From assembly GCA_012295275.1 (NCBI GenBank), contig CM022670.1, positions 22,196,001 through 22,260,000 on the forward strand: a DNA stretch of 64,000 bases, given 5' to 3'. Numbering within the stretch: the first letter of the stretch is position 1; each line of letters opens with the position of its first letter. Below the pieces are notes generated by a model. The model saw only the letters and a program-made list of their open reading frames with translations. It made no database searches and had not been told where the DNA came from. This stretch comes from Chrysomallon squamiferum. Its lineage: Eukaryota > Animalia > Mollusca. A program made the translations under genes and the position numbers. Positions 17,610-30,300 of the stretch are shown piece after piece.

Positions 17610-18653
17610 CCTAAAATCACAAAAAGGAAATGGTGATAGCCTAAAGACACAAAAACGCAGACTCATATAACAATTATTTTATAAAGAAAGTTTCAGAGAA
17701 TGATAAATGTTTAATTTCAAATGGGAAAATAGAGCTCTGGATAGCATATTCATGTTGAAATGATACATTTAAAATAGTATGAGATTAAATATTATAGAAT
17801 TTATGTAAACCAATATAATATAGTCTACAAATTCTTGAAGATCCATACTCCAGTCTTGAGACTTTCAAATTGAATACATTTATTTTTTAAATGTCATAAT
17901 TTTGTATACTATCATCTGATTCAATAAGAATAATACATTTTTTACAAATTATTTTCAGATTATATAATATAATATAATGTAATATATATATTAGAAAGAC
18001 TTCCAACTGCTAATCTCATATGTATCAAAAACAAATAAATAAATAAATAAAATAAAATATTTGAAAACAAAACATCCTAATGCTGCAAACTATTTAAAGT
18101 ACTGTATCAAGCATAAATCCATATTGAAAGTTTCTGTTTTGCACTGTGTCAAATATCCAGAACTATTATAATAGTAAAACTACATCATGTTATACCTGAT
18201 ATTTTTGGTAAAATATATTTATCTATTTATTACTGTTATTATTATTATTTTATAATTATTAATAGTTTTATTAAAATGAAACCACGTTTTCAGACGTAAT
18301 AATATCAAATTTTATGTGCCTGTACAACAACAACATAGTAGTAGTAGTAACAGTAATAATACTAAATAAATAAATAAACTAATTAAAATAAATAAATAAA
18401 TAAATAATATATATATATATATAATTTCAACTCATATCAAGTTTGAGTTAAATTATTTAATTAATTTTGTTTAATCTGCAAAACTTATTTTCCATCAAGT
18501 TGTTTTTGGATCTGAAACGTAAACTGGAAGTAGCCGTGAGCTCGTGCAAACAAATACCTTTTTAAAGTGTTAACTAGCGGGAGGAAAGATCGGAACTCTT
18601 TCTTATCTCAGATTTCACACTCAGCGGTTTCTAAAAAATATACCATAAATATG

Positions 18654-18655
<2 letters not shown>

Positions 18656-18723
<68 letters not shown>

Positions 18724-18812
18724 TTACTTTTGTTATTATTATTATTTACCTTTTGTAACTATTTTCATTACATGGATGTCTAACATTCACTCTAAATACT
18801 GATAAATTTGAC
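18656..18812 (+). repeat. (GA)n microsatellite plus about 90-bp tail, copy 1 of a dispersed duplication
   Basis: About 65 bp of (GA)n followed by CTTTTACTTTTGTTATTATT...CATGGATGTCTAACATTCACTCTAAATACTGATAAATTTGAC, close to the sequence at 20972-21126. Confidence 0.85.
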
Positions 18813-18889
18813 TTTTTCTCCTTACTTTAAGTCTTCGAAATGACAATAAATTATGATTAATCAACCATTATACAATGTTCGTCATCCAT

Positions 18890-19520
18890 GTTGTTAGTCT
18901 TCGCGACGGACACAAGCGCATGCGCAATTTTACTTCCTTTTATAACACGTGCATTTGTTTACGTCTGCCTATTAATTTTAGTAAAACTTTTAATAAACAA
19001 TAAATTTCAAAAACTTGTGATCAGCAAATAATATTTTTACTAATGGCCTTCATCTTCATTTTATTATTATTATTTTTTTATTAAGATAAAACGGTGTGTA
19101 TAATAATATTTGTCTGATAAAGGTAAAATGAATATATTCCCCTTAAAGGTGTTGGGGTGGGGGGGTGGAATAATTACAAATTTATTTCAAATTATTATAA
19201 ATTATCATTTAAACGGATAAAAAAGTTTACAAAAATCTTATACTTCATTACATAATATCTTTGTGATATAGATCTCCGTATGAAAAATAAATTAATTTGT
19301 TTTCATTAAATAATCAGATACCAATTGCGGTGAAAGTTTCTGACACGAACTGCACGCGCAAACTAGGCAGTTCGAGGTTGTTCCCCAAATACATTATTGA
19401 TTAGTAAACTTTTATTATGCAAATTTAGTAACCAAGGTGATGGCCCATGCTACACAGGTGAGATTCATTTATGTGGCATGTAACAGAACATATTTTAAAA
19501 TTAAATAATTAAACTACCAC
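18890..19520. promoter_or_regulatory. Divergent promoter region between UBE2U (-) and ZGLP1 (+) with an NRF1-type palindrome
   Basis: GCGCATGCGC at 18916-18925, E-box CACGTG at about 18946-18951, and CpG clusters at 18880-18965 and 19325-19380 in otherwise CpG-poor DNA. Confidence 0.55.
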
Positions 19521-19521
19521 G

Positions 19522-20968
19522 ATGCGAACGAGCAACCACAATTTTGCTGGAATATTTGTAAACTCTCTTTCGAAAAGTGGGTTAGATGCTGGATCTCAAA
19601 ATGAAGGTGCTTCTTCCCGACCTGAATGCAATGAAAATTCACCGATCGTCACTGAGGTCTGTTCGACAGTACCCGTACGGAACAACAAATCTAACTGTCA
19701 GGACAGGTAAGACGGGATCCCACGACTGTCGTGTAAAACCCAAGCCGACCTGATAACAAAAAAAGTATATTAACATAACTGATTTTCATATAAATAAACC
19801 AAATGTTTTTCCATCATTAGATGTCATCGTTCAGAAACATGACTTTTATTTTGAACTGCAACATGATTTCTGTGGTACACTGATTTTAGTTGCTTGAAGG
19901 ATGTACTATCATCATCAACATCATCATCATCAGCATCATCATTACTTTACTTTACTTTATTTTGTTCTGTTCTGTTCACTGGTTAGTAGATTTTCCACTT
20001 TATGTTATATTTAAAGCAGGTTATCGTTATATCAGAACTGATGCTGAGTCTGTTTAATAATATTTATTTTAATGAACTGTAAATCTTTCTCAACGATTAG
20101 TACACGAAAAATAAATCCCCCAGTATGCCTATATTAAAAATAATATAATAAGATTTTTAATTTTTTTTTTTTTTTTTTTTTTTTGTTTGTTTGTTTGTTA
20201 GACTTTTTTCTTTTACAAAAATTGATAATAAAGTCAATTTTGAATGTTTCGTTTTCTCAAATTCATGCTGCAAATTGATTACTTTTAAAATTATTTTTAA
20301 AGTATAGTTTTGTTATTTAATATCCTGCAGATTAATGTAAATCAAAACCAACACACACGCACGCACGCACGTACGCACGTACGCACGTGCCCTCACACAT
20401 ATACACACGAATATGCTCTAATTTCAGTTCCAACACTGAGCAGAATGAAAGGCAACCTCTGAGAAACATAACTAATGTATCGAAAAGCGATGGATGTTTA
20501 AAAAACAACTCATCTTCTCCCACATCGAGAAAACGCCATGCTTGCCAAACAGGACTCGATTCACAGGAATCAAAGGAAAATCTAAACTCGAACGGAAAAC
20601 GTACTCGAAGAAAGAGTTCCAAGCCGCAAAAAAGTCCATGTTGGTGGGATCCGAATTTTAAAGGTGTAACAATCTGGTTCAGTACCAAAGTCAACGGAGA
20701 AAACAGTCAGTTGTGTCTTACTTCATTTTACAGGTAAATATTTGTATTGTCAACAATAACCTTTGATGCAGTTGTTGTCATTCATGTACTAGATCTTGCT
20801 ATTTTTAGGATTTTCTTAAACTTATTATTGTTTTTTGTCATGGTCTGTTTCTGATTTGCTTATTTTAATTATTTATTCATTTATTTTATTTTATTTTATA
20901 TATATTTATATACATATATATATTTTTTTATTATTATTTGTTTTTTTTCCCCCCCGAGTTTTTTTGTT

Positions 20969-21040
<72 letters not shown>

Positions 21041-21594
21041 TTACTTTGTTATTATTATTTACCTGTCGTAAATATTTTTATTACATGGATGTCTAAAGTT
21101 CACTTTAAATACTAATAAATTTGACGTTTTCACTTCTGTCTTGTAAGGTGGTTAATGCAGTCTTGGTAAATGATATTAACTCGGTACACGTTGCTGTAGC
21201 TTTTATGGTATTGCTGTAGAGCAGTTTTATGTGACATTCATTTATCCATTGTAAATTCGACGTATTATAACTAGTATTTAATATGATGTTAATAAATGCG
21301 AAATTGTTAGGGTAGGTCTGAATTAATAATAAATCATTTAATAATTTTCTGTTATCTATCCAGTGTAATACATCGGCATGTTCAAATTACAACAACAAAA
21401 TAATAATAAATACACAAATAAATAAATAAATAAATAAATAAATAAATTAGAAAATAATAAAAAAAATAATAAAAAAATAAGAATAAATAAATAAACACAT
21501 TAATTAATTAATTAAAAAATAATACAAAATTAGAATAAATAAATTAAATAATTGATTTAAAAAAAAAAATAATAAAAAAAAATTAAAATTAAAA

Positions 21595-21626
<32 letters not shown>

Positions 21627-22967
21627 AAAATCTGAAAGAGTGACTTATAGCATTCCCTCCTTTCCGATCTCAGCCTGACGGATCTTACCTGTAAGCTCCT
21701 GAAACTATTTCCATCACTGTTTGTGATTAGTAACAGGAAATATTTTATGTATATAGATCTACATTCGACAAAAAAAAAAAAAAAAAAAAAAAATTACATA
21801 ATTCGTATTGGAAGTAGTGAAATTATTTCTTTCACATTTTGGTTTTTTGTTCATTTCTTGCTTTTTTTTTTGCTTTTCATTTTGGTTGTAATCAATGGCT
21901 AGAGAAAACATTTATCGAATTCTGAAAATTTTGAGGAAAATAACCATTATAAAAATCGTAGTGAAAGTTTTAAATTAATTGCCAATCTTGCTATTATTGC
22001 ACTCATCTGAAGCTTTGCGTTTAGCAATATTTTCGGACGAATTAACTGTAAAATTTAATGAATTTGTCATCTGGTACCATACATATCGTATAGAAGAGCG
22101 TGTGACCTACTTTACCAAAGCTGTAATAAAAATAATTTTCTATACATGTTCTAGTTATTGACTGACATAAGTGGATCACAGTATAATTTCATGTTAAAAA
22201 ACAACAACCACTGACATTTTTATTTTAATATCTGTAATGTTCTTCAATCAGTGTGTTGAATTTTATTGTAATTAATTTTCTTTATTAACTTTAGGAGTAT
22301 TTATTTCGTATGCATCCAAAGGTACTATTAAAATGATCTCTTACATTTTAATATAAATTGTCCATAAACAATTCATTCACTATAACAGTTCCATTAAAAG
22401 TGGTTTGGTTTAGAAAATATAAAAAAATCAGTCCTGTCCAAAAAACAATTCGAGTTTATCAACAACATTGTGAAGTGCACGTGACTGTAGATTCTAGTTC
22501 AACAGCTGATTACGTGTAACTATTACAGGTGATTACGAATAGTTATTTTAAATCATGAACACGAATACAAATATTTAAAACATTTCATTTATATTTATTT
22601 ATTTATTTACTAATTTTTATAACATAAGTTGTAGCCGTAACTCGATTTTTTTGAAATGAGGCAAAAACAGTTAATCGCCGATCGGAGCGGGGCAAAAAAA
22701 TTTGATCGAGGGATCTGGAGGCCGCCGATTTGAAAGACGCAAGATCCTCGATTCTAGCCATTAATATTTTATATTTTTTTAAATAAAATCTTTGTATTAA
22801 AAATATATATATTAAAAAATCTTCAAAGTCGATGTAATCCATTTTTTTTATTTGCCTCAATGTAGTTAAGGCCAAATAAGATATTCCATGTGGATCCACA
22901 TAACAGACGTATATTGTCCATCTTTTTATTCCGGCTGCTTTTGTGTGTGTGTGCGTGCGTGTGCGTG

Positions 22968-23006
<39 letters not shown>

Positions 23007-24342
23007 GTGTGCGCGTTTTCAAATATATATTTTTTAATGCTTTATAATTAAATTAATTTCATCTCGAAAATTATGTTCATCATATCGAAATTCACAGTTC
23101 GCCTCAAGAACATTTTTCTTATTTGAAAAATTGTTATTTCGAATATTTCTTTGATAGTGATAGTCATATCCTAACTATTTACAGTAACACAAGAAATAAT
23201 CGAGCTCAGTCTGCTGTGAAAAGAAAGCGACATCGCAATGATTCGTTTTCAGAAGGAAAATGTACAACTGGGAGTTCTGATGAAGAAACAAAAGAAATGT
23301 TCACTGTTAATGCTAATGGAGGTAATTTAAAAAAAAAAAAAAAAAAAAAAAGCTTCGTTAGAAATTATAAATATTTAAAAAAAAAAAAAAAAAACCTCCA
23401 AAACCCCCATGTAATTGTGAATTTTCAGAAAAATATTTTTAAAAACATACAAAATACATACACCACACATAGAAATATTACCATTGTTTTTCTTTTGTGT
23501 CAGATATATTAAAAAAATATGAAACAAAATTAGTTTTACAAAATTAATTATTATTATTATTATTATTATTTTTTTTTTTTTTTTTTTTTTTTTTAAATAG
23601 AAAAATAAAGTGATACTAGAAATGTGTTTACTTTTATGTCTTCTGAATTACAAACATATTTATTATTGTAGCTAAAGTGTGTGCTTCCTGCAGCACCAGA
23701 CGGACTCCACTTTGGAGAGATGCAGAAGATGGAACTCCTCTCTGTAATGCTTGTGGAATCAGGTAGTAAATAAAAAGCAATGAACATAATTTCCTCTGCA
23801 CCAGAAAAGTTTTATTGCCATGAGCCTTAAGACGGGAACCTTGAAGAATCTCATCACTTTGCTAGCTTCAGTGAAGAACTAACTTTTTCCTTACACAAGT
23901 GTGTAAAATATTAAAATTAACATAATTTATGGAAGAGAAACCAAGGTCTCAGGATCAACTTTTTGTGAAAGAATATTTCAAATCAAATATAATTCTTCCA
24001 TTCTTTTTGTTAGTAGTTCATGAAATTCAAAATTGAAATTTAACACTTCTTATTGTTTCTTACGTTTCATGCTCATTAGTGGTATTTTGTTTTATTTTAT
24101 AAACTCAGAAAATGGCTGTAATGAATGATTTTTAAAACATATTTACATTAATTGATAATTTTTGCTGGTTTCCACTGAGCAGTATTCAAGTCTTTTGAAT
24201 TGCTCTTTGTTACAGGTATCGCAAGTACCGAGTCCGCTGTGTGAAATGTTGGAGTATTCCTAAGAAGGACAGCAAGTCATTTCCTGTCTGTGGGGTTTGT
24301 GGTGGAATGCTGCGATTTTGCCACATTAAAAAGTTCTGGTAG
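19522..24342 (+). CDS. ZGLP1: GATA-type zinc finger protein 1 (ZGLP1/GLP-1-like), about 281 aa, 5 exons
   Basis: Exons 19522-19706 (first exon least certain), 20428-20733, 23185-23321, 23672-23762, 24216-24342; total 846 nt. Contains the ZGLP1-type box DPNFKGVTIWF (human DPxFEGVTLKF), the GATA finger CASCSTRRTPLWRDAEDGTPLCNACGIRYRKY and a second finger CVKCW...CGVCG. Confidence 0.9.
20972..21126 (+). repeat. (GA)n microsatellite plus about 90-bp tail, copy 2
   Basis: Direct-orientation homolog of 18656-18812, inside ZGLP1 intron 2. Confidence 0.85.
22630..22876. mobile_element. Degenerate MITE-like element in ZGLP1 intron 2
   Basis: GC-rich island with imperfect inverted ends: GCCGTAACT...TGAGGCAA on the left and TTGCCTCA...AGTTAAGGC on the right. 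No clean TSD. Confidence 0.35.
22942..23015. repeat. (GT)n/(GTGC)n microsatellite
   Basis: Visible directly; it produces the spurious THTHTH ORF. Confidence 0.9.
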
Positions 24343-27300
24343 AGGTTTTCACCGATCTAGTTTATAACAATGGTGAAGAATTTTACACAGTAATCAAATA
24401 TTAAGATGTTGTATTTGTTTTGTTTTTATTGTTAAAATGCCATGGTTTGACATATTATTAAGTTTTGCTGAATGTTGCAGGAGATGTTGTAAGAAAACTT
24501 TAGAAATCTATGTATTTCCAAGCACTGTTAAAAAAGAGATTCTTATTTGTCAATATTCAAGCTTCAATATATTAATAACAAAAAGATAGTTTTGTGAAAT
24601 GAAATCATAGTTTGATTGTTGCTTATCTACACTACATTCAGAAATACAAACAGACATACAAACATATACACTTCAATTAATTTTAGGAAGTTTTTGTATT
24701 ACTACGGCATAAATAAATACATGTATATTAGTATAATAAATAATAAATAATACGAGTAATTTATTTGAATGTGATATGTAGTGTTGGTTTAGGTTTGAAG
24801 AACATAATCGTGGGAGGCATTAGCTGGAACAGATTTTAGCAGTATTTTATGACATTTGATGGATTTAAAATATGAAACAAAGATTAAATATCTTAAATAT
24901 TTTATATATTTTGATTTTTAAGTTGAAGAAAGAAGAAAAATAAAATTCATATATTTTATTGCTTTTTAAATTTCTGTTTCCAGCTTTTAAGCTCTAAAAA
25001 TTTCTTCAGTCATTCATAATCATTTGTTACTGCAAGCCTATACAGGTTAAAAAAGATTAAAGAAATTTGCCTGAACAAATTAGTATTTTTCTGTTACTAT
25101 ATATTACAGAATGAATGATGTTTTATAATCATAATTATCAATGTATATAAAAATATACATTTCTGTTCAGTAATTAGGTCTTACTTTCTGTTAGTATATG
25201 GTGAAAAATATTGAACAGTGTAAAACAAAATTAAATGAGCCTGTATGTTTCTGAAACATTCCTGTTTCATTAAATTGTCAATTTAACTTGTTAATTTTCT
25301 GGAATCTTTGATTACAAATTAGGAAATCTAAAATTTTACAATTCTTTCTTGCAATGTTTGTTATTTAAACATTTTTTGTTGGTTTACATGTTTTATACCT
25401 ACCATATAATATGAACCTCTACCTTGAAGTATCTGTGGTAAAATATTTTTATTTTAGCCCCACAAAATATGTTTTGTTGATTTCAGTGTTTATATTTGTT
25501 TGTTATCTTTGTAATTTTGTTTTGTTTTGTTTCATTGTTTATTTTTCGTAACTTTTTCATTTACTACTTTTTTTCTTTTTTTTTATTAATTTCTTATATA
25601 ATTTCTTATTAGACCTCAGAATGTAAACTTTCGATCAATGAAACCTTGATTGGCATAGATCTGAATAGTCTATGTAGATAGGTATTGAATTGTGTTTGTT
25701 TTTTCAGTGGCAAATATTTTAAATTGATCTTATAAAATGATGGAATTGATTCAATAACTTAATATATATGTAAACATATCAAATACATGTATATACAATG
25801 ACATCAGTTGGTAATACTTACCAAATTAACTCCATAAGTTAATCATTTTGTGACCATTACTTTTTTGCATTTTCATTATCTTTCTGTTATTGAAAATATT
25901 ATTATATTACTGAATACATTTTATGTGTTTTGTCTTACTGTTTTCTAAGTTTTGGAGCAGGCTGCTCAATTTTGAGTTTTGTATTTTAAGAAAAGTTGTA
26001 ATAACTTTTTCATTTTCTGCAAATAATAATGATACTGCTAAAATATATAATAAAAGAAAAAAGTTAATGTGATTTTATGTTGTTTTTGTATTTTTTCATC
26101 ATGGGTAGATATGTAAAACAACAACAAATGATGCAAAATAATATATTCCATCAGTAATATTTTAAAAAATAAAAATTAAAAAATAATAATAATAAATAAA
26201 CAAATAAAAATAAAATATTAAAAAAGAAATAAAAGAAAATTAAAATGGTTAATTAAAATTGTGTATCTTATAGCCAGTTACCTCAATAAGATGTCAATAA
26301 AAACTAGAATAAAATTTAACTTATTAAATATCACTTATTATTACCATAACTATATAAAATTAATCAAAACAGTTCTTTAATTTTGGCAGTGTATTTATGA
26401 TAATGTGGTTTTATTTTACATTAAAAAAAAAAATTGAACATTTTAAAATGGCAGAGCATATGTTAAAATAGTTATCTTTTGAAAATAAAGGAAATTAAAA
26501 GTGTATTTACAGATCTCTATTTTTAAAATGCTATATATAAAATGTCTGACAGCAAACTACTAATACACAAACCCTCTTGGTTTTCAAGTTGTTTTTATAA
26601 CAAAATACATGAATATAAAAAGTGGTTTTGAGGATAAAATGGAAATCTCATTGTTAGCATGTATTAAAGTTTTATACATTAAAGAAATAAAAAACAAAAT
26701 GATATTAATTTGTTTTTAAAATGTCACAAACAGAAATTAAATATATTAACATTGTTAAATGCATAAATGTAGGTTTACACAATTCATAAAGACATTGTTT
26801 CTCATAGTTAAATTCAGCTTTGGATACACATAATTAAAAAACTGCTATTTTTAAACTTTATAAATACAAAATAAAAAAGCCAGGAAAGATGGTATTAATA
26901 AAATAATGTAATTACAACATATAGACCTATAGGAATTAATAGCCGATAGACTGTAATTAATCCTGTTGTTGTCAAATAAAATCCTGAGAATTTATGTATT
27001 AAACTGAAGTACTTTTAAATGATATATTTGGAAGAGATGGATGGTGTCAAAACTAATATTTATTGTCATTAAAATCAATACTGAACCTAAAAGATTTACA
27101 AATGAGATTTGCCACGGTGGAATTTACAACAAAGATACCAATTCTGAAATATTTACCTTAATCGATAAATACAGAAATTCAGTTATTTAAATTAACATTA
27201 TTTTGTATAATAATTATTTAGCTTAGCTAATGTCATCATTATAATATAAAAACAAGAAAAAACAAAAATAATGAAAATTAATATTTTTGCTGCGTTACTA

Positions 27301-27398
27301 TTCGTAAGACAAAGGTCACGGCCGAAACCAGGTGCGATTGATGAGTGTACAGTGTTGGCGGAGATAATGACTTAAGGATACTGAAATATATCCTGATA

Positions 27399-30300
27399 AT
27401 GCTTGGAAAGAAGCGAAAACGAATTGTTGGTAATATTCTGTGGTCAAAGAAGAATTACCACAAAGAGCTATCGGTATGATTTTTCTACTTTTATGCAGCT
27501 TTGTGTACGTTTAGTACTAACCAAGTCAGGCTAATCATAAATCAAAATAATTATAACTTGATTAATAACTATTAACATACTACTGAGACCAGTATAACGT
27601 GACAGCTTCATTTATTTAGTTAATGTTTGATTTGTATTTACGGCTAAATTATCGCAGCTTTGGTCCACCCTTTGTTAGCAGAGGTTTTCCTAATGTTTTG
27701 TTAAGATTATTTTTTTCAACTTGGTTATCAGAAAAAAATAAAAAATATATATAATATATATAAAGCTATAAATAGTTAACCAACATTTATTTGTCATACT
27801 TGTCAAATAAAGCACTTTTTATTTTCATTAAAAAGGCCAGAAAAAATAAGATTTATTGTTTGAAATAAATTGGGCCCACCAGAGTGTATCTGTTTTTGTA
27901 TGGTTTAAATTTTAATACATTATTTAATTATTATTATTTTTTTAAATCATTAATATTTCTCTGGATTCTGTTCATATATTTTGTTCCAATTTTATTGTTC
28001 AAATAACTCCCATTGTGATATTTGTTCAGTATTTTAATGGTGTTATAAATGAGAATTTTTAAAAGCAAGGAACATTTTCATTAATCACTGACAATATGAC
28101 TATGAGATGGATATTGTAAGCTCTACTGAGTTTCAGCTTCCTTATTATCATTTTGGAAAAAGCCTTAAAATTTTGTGTCCACATCTTTTTGTTTTGCTCT
28201 GTCTCAAATGAATCTGTTCTGGTACGCATCCATATCATCTCTTCCATCTTCTCTGGTATGTCTCAAAATCATTTTGAAGCAGTGATATTACATCCATCAG
28301 TTATTTTGTATTTTACTAATGTACCCTGCTCAGGTCTTCTTCCATCCTATAATCTTTTGTCATGTTCAGGTTTTCTTTCCTGATATTTATTTTTCAGTCT
28401 AGATATGTGTTTTAACACATATTTTTCAGTCTTTGTTTGCACTGCTGCTTGTTTATTCTTTGTCTGTTTAGTTAGTGCCCCATGTTTCATACTGTATCTG
28501 ATTGCTGGAAATACACAGGAGCTAACATATTTAGCCAATTTTGTTTGATTTATTTGTACACAGTGTATGTTATCAGCAAAATAAAGGTAAATGAAATATT
28601 TCTACCCAGTTATTTTTAACCTAAAGCCTGTGCAATTCATTCTTCTTTGATTCTGTTTGGGAGATACCCTCTTATCACCTGTGATCAATTTAATTTTGCT
28701 TATTTCCAGTCTGTGGACACTTCCAGTGTTATCTCAATTAATGACTGTTTCATCTATAACTATATTCAGTTTTATTCTTGATTACTACATGTGGACATTC
28801 TTGCTTTGTTTTGAAGCATAGTTTTCATGTTATTGTCTCTTTCACATCTAATATTTAACCAGAATTTCCCTGTTACCATTTCATTAAGGTTTAATTACTT
28901 CCCTGCTTATGCATTTTAGTCTTCCGTAACTATTGTGTAGTGAGATGATTTTTCTAATATCTTGTCCATATCATGCATAAGCATTCTATATCTTCTTTTG
29001 AATATGATATTACTGCTATATATAGGTAAACTGTCTTATGTTCATAGTGCTTTGTTATGCACAGGGCAAGTTCTGTATCTTCACTTTGTTGCCTTTCTAT
29101 TTATTGGCCATTTGCACTGGTAGCAGGTGGCTACTTTGTAAGCTGGTGAAGCATTCTTCTTTTCTTCTCACTTTGGCAATTCCAGTCACCTTCCTTACCA
29201 ATCTGGTTCCTTTAAATTCTTCTTCCAATTTTTGTATCTGTTTGGCTCCATTAAATGAAGTAAAATTATTTCTTGACAAGCTTCAAAATATGATGACACA
29301 CAGTATTTCTGGACCATTAAATAGTGAACAAAAACATTTTAACAAATTGTTTTGCAGATTCCTTTAATTTCTATCAGTCATTTGATAAAGTCTGCAATAT
29401 TCAGTTTATCAAATGAATAGTTGTATTATCCTTAGAGAATGTTATTTTGTGAAAATACATTTACTTTAGTTTATAAGTTTATTTTTAAAAACTGCTATGT
29501 TCTTTATCAAACTATTTTTTCTTAAATATTTTTTTATCTATATATAATTGTTGTCTCCTTTTGTGTTTTTATGTTATCAAAGAGCCTTTTCAATACACAC
29601 TATTATAATATAATACTAAAAGTAGTAAGTATGCTATGTATGTTGTTCTAACATGAGAACACATTGACATGTATAGTTACAGCTTGTGGATCCCTTTTCA
29701 ACAAGTGTTTCAGATTTTTGAATGTAAGGATTTAAGTGTAAACACAAATTCCATTTATACTGCATATATGACATGTACAGATAATCTGTAGTATTTTTTT
29801 ATTTTTAATTTCATTAATCATTTAAATAAACAATGTTTGTGTATGCTAAACTATCCAAAAACTGAAAGATATCACCAGTTTGGCTGGTTGCAAAAAGGTT
29901 TGGATTTTTGTACAGGGATCCTCATCCAGGACTAATGTTTAGAAATAACCTAGTAGTTACTGACATTATTAGTTAATAATTATATATAAATTTAATTTTT
30001 GATTGAAGAGTTAATGAAGGCTGTTGTTTATTAAGACAAATACCTAATTTATTTGAAAATGTATGCCATAGGAAATTGATCAAGATATTTTTTAAAGTAA
30101 TTTTTAGAAAGTAACTCTTATTTATAACATTAGTAAAGTACAGACAAGTGAGAAGATGTTTAAATTTTTGCCTGTTAAAATGACAAAGATACATTACTGA
30201 ATTTGTTCAAAATATCTTTTATATAATGGTTATAGAGGAAGTATTCATAATAATGTTACTTTTGCTTGTTTTGCTAATTAAGATTAATACATTTTTAAAA

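Noticed and set aside
18567-21071. ORFs with ERERER runs (18567-18758 and 20835-21071)
   Set aside because: They are translations of (GA)n microsatellites.
22603-23022. 139-aa minus-strand ORF with THTHTH
   Set aside because: It spans a (GT)n microsatellite and a MITE-like relic inside a ZGLP1 intron.
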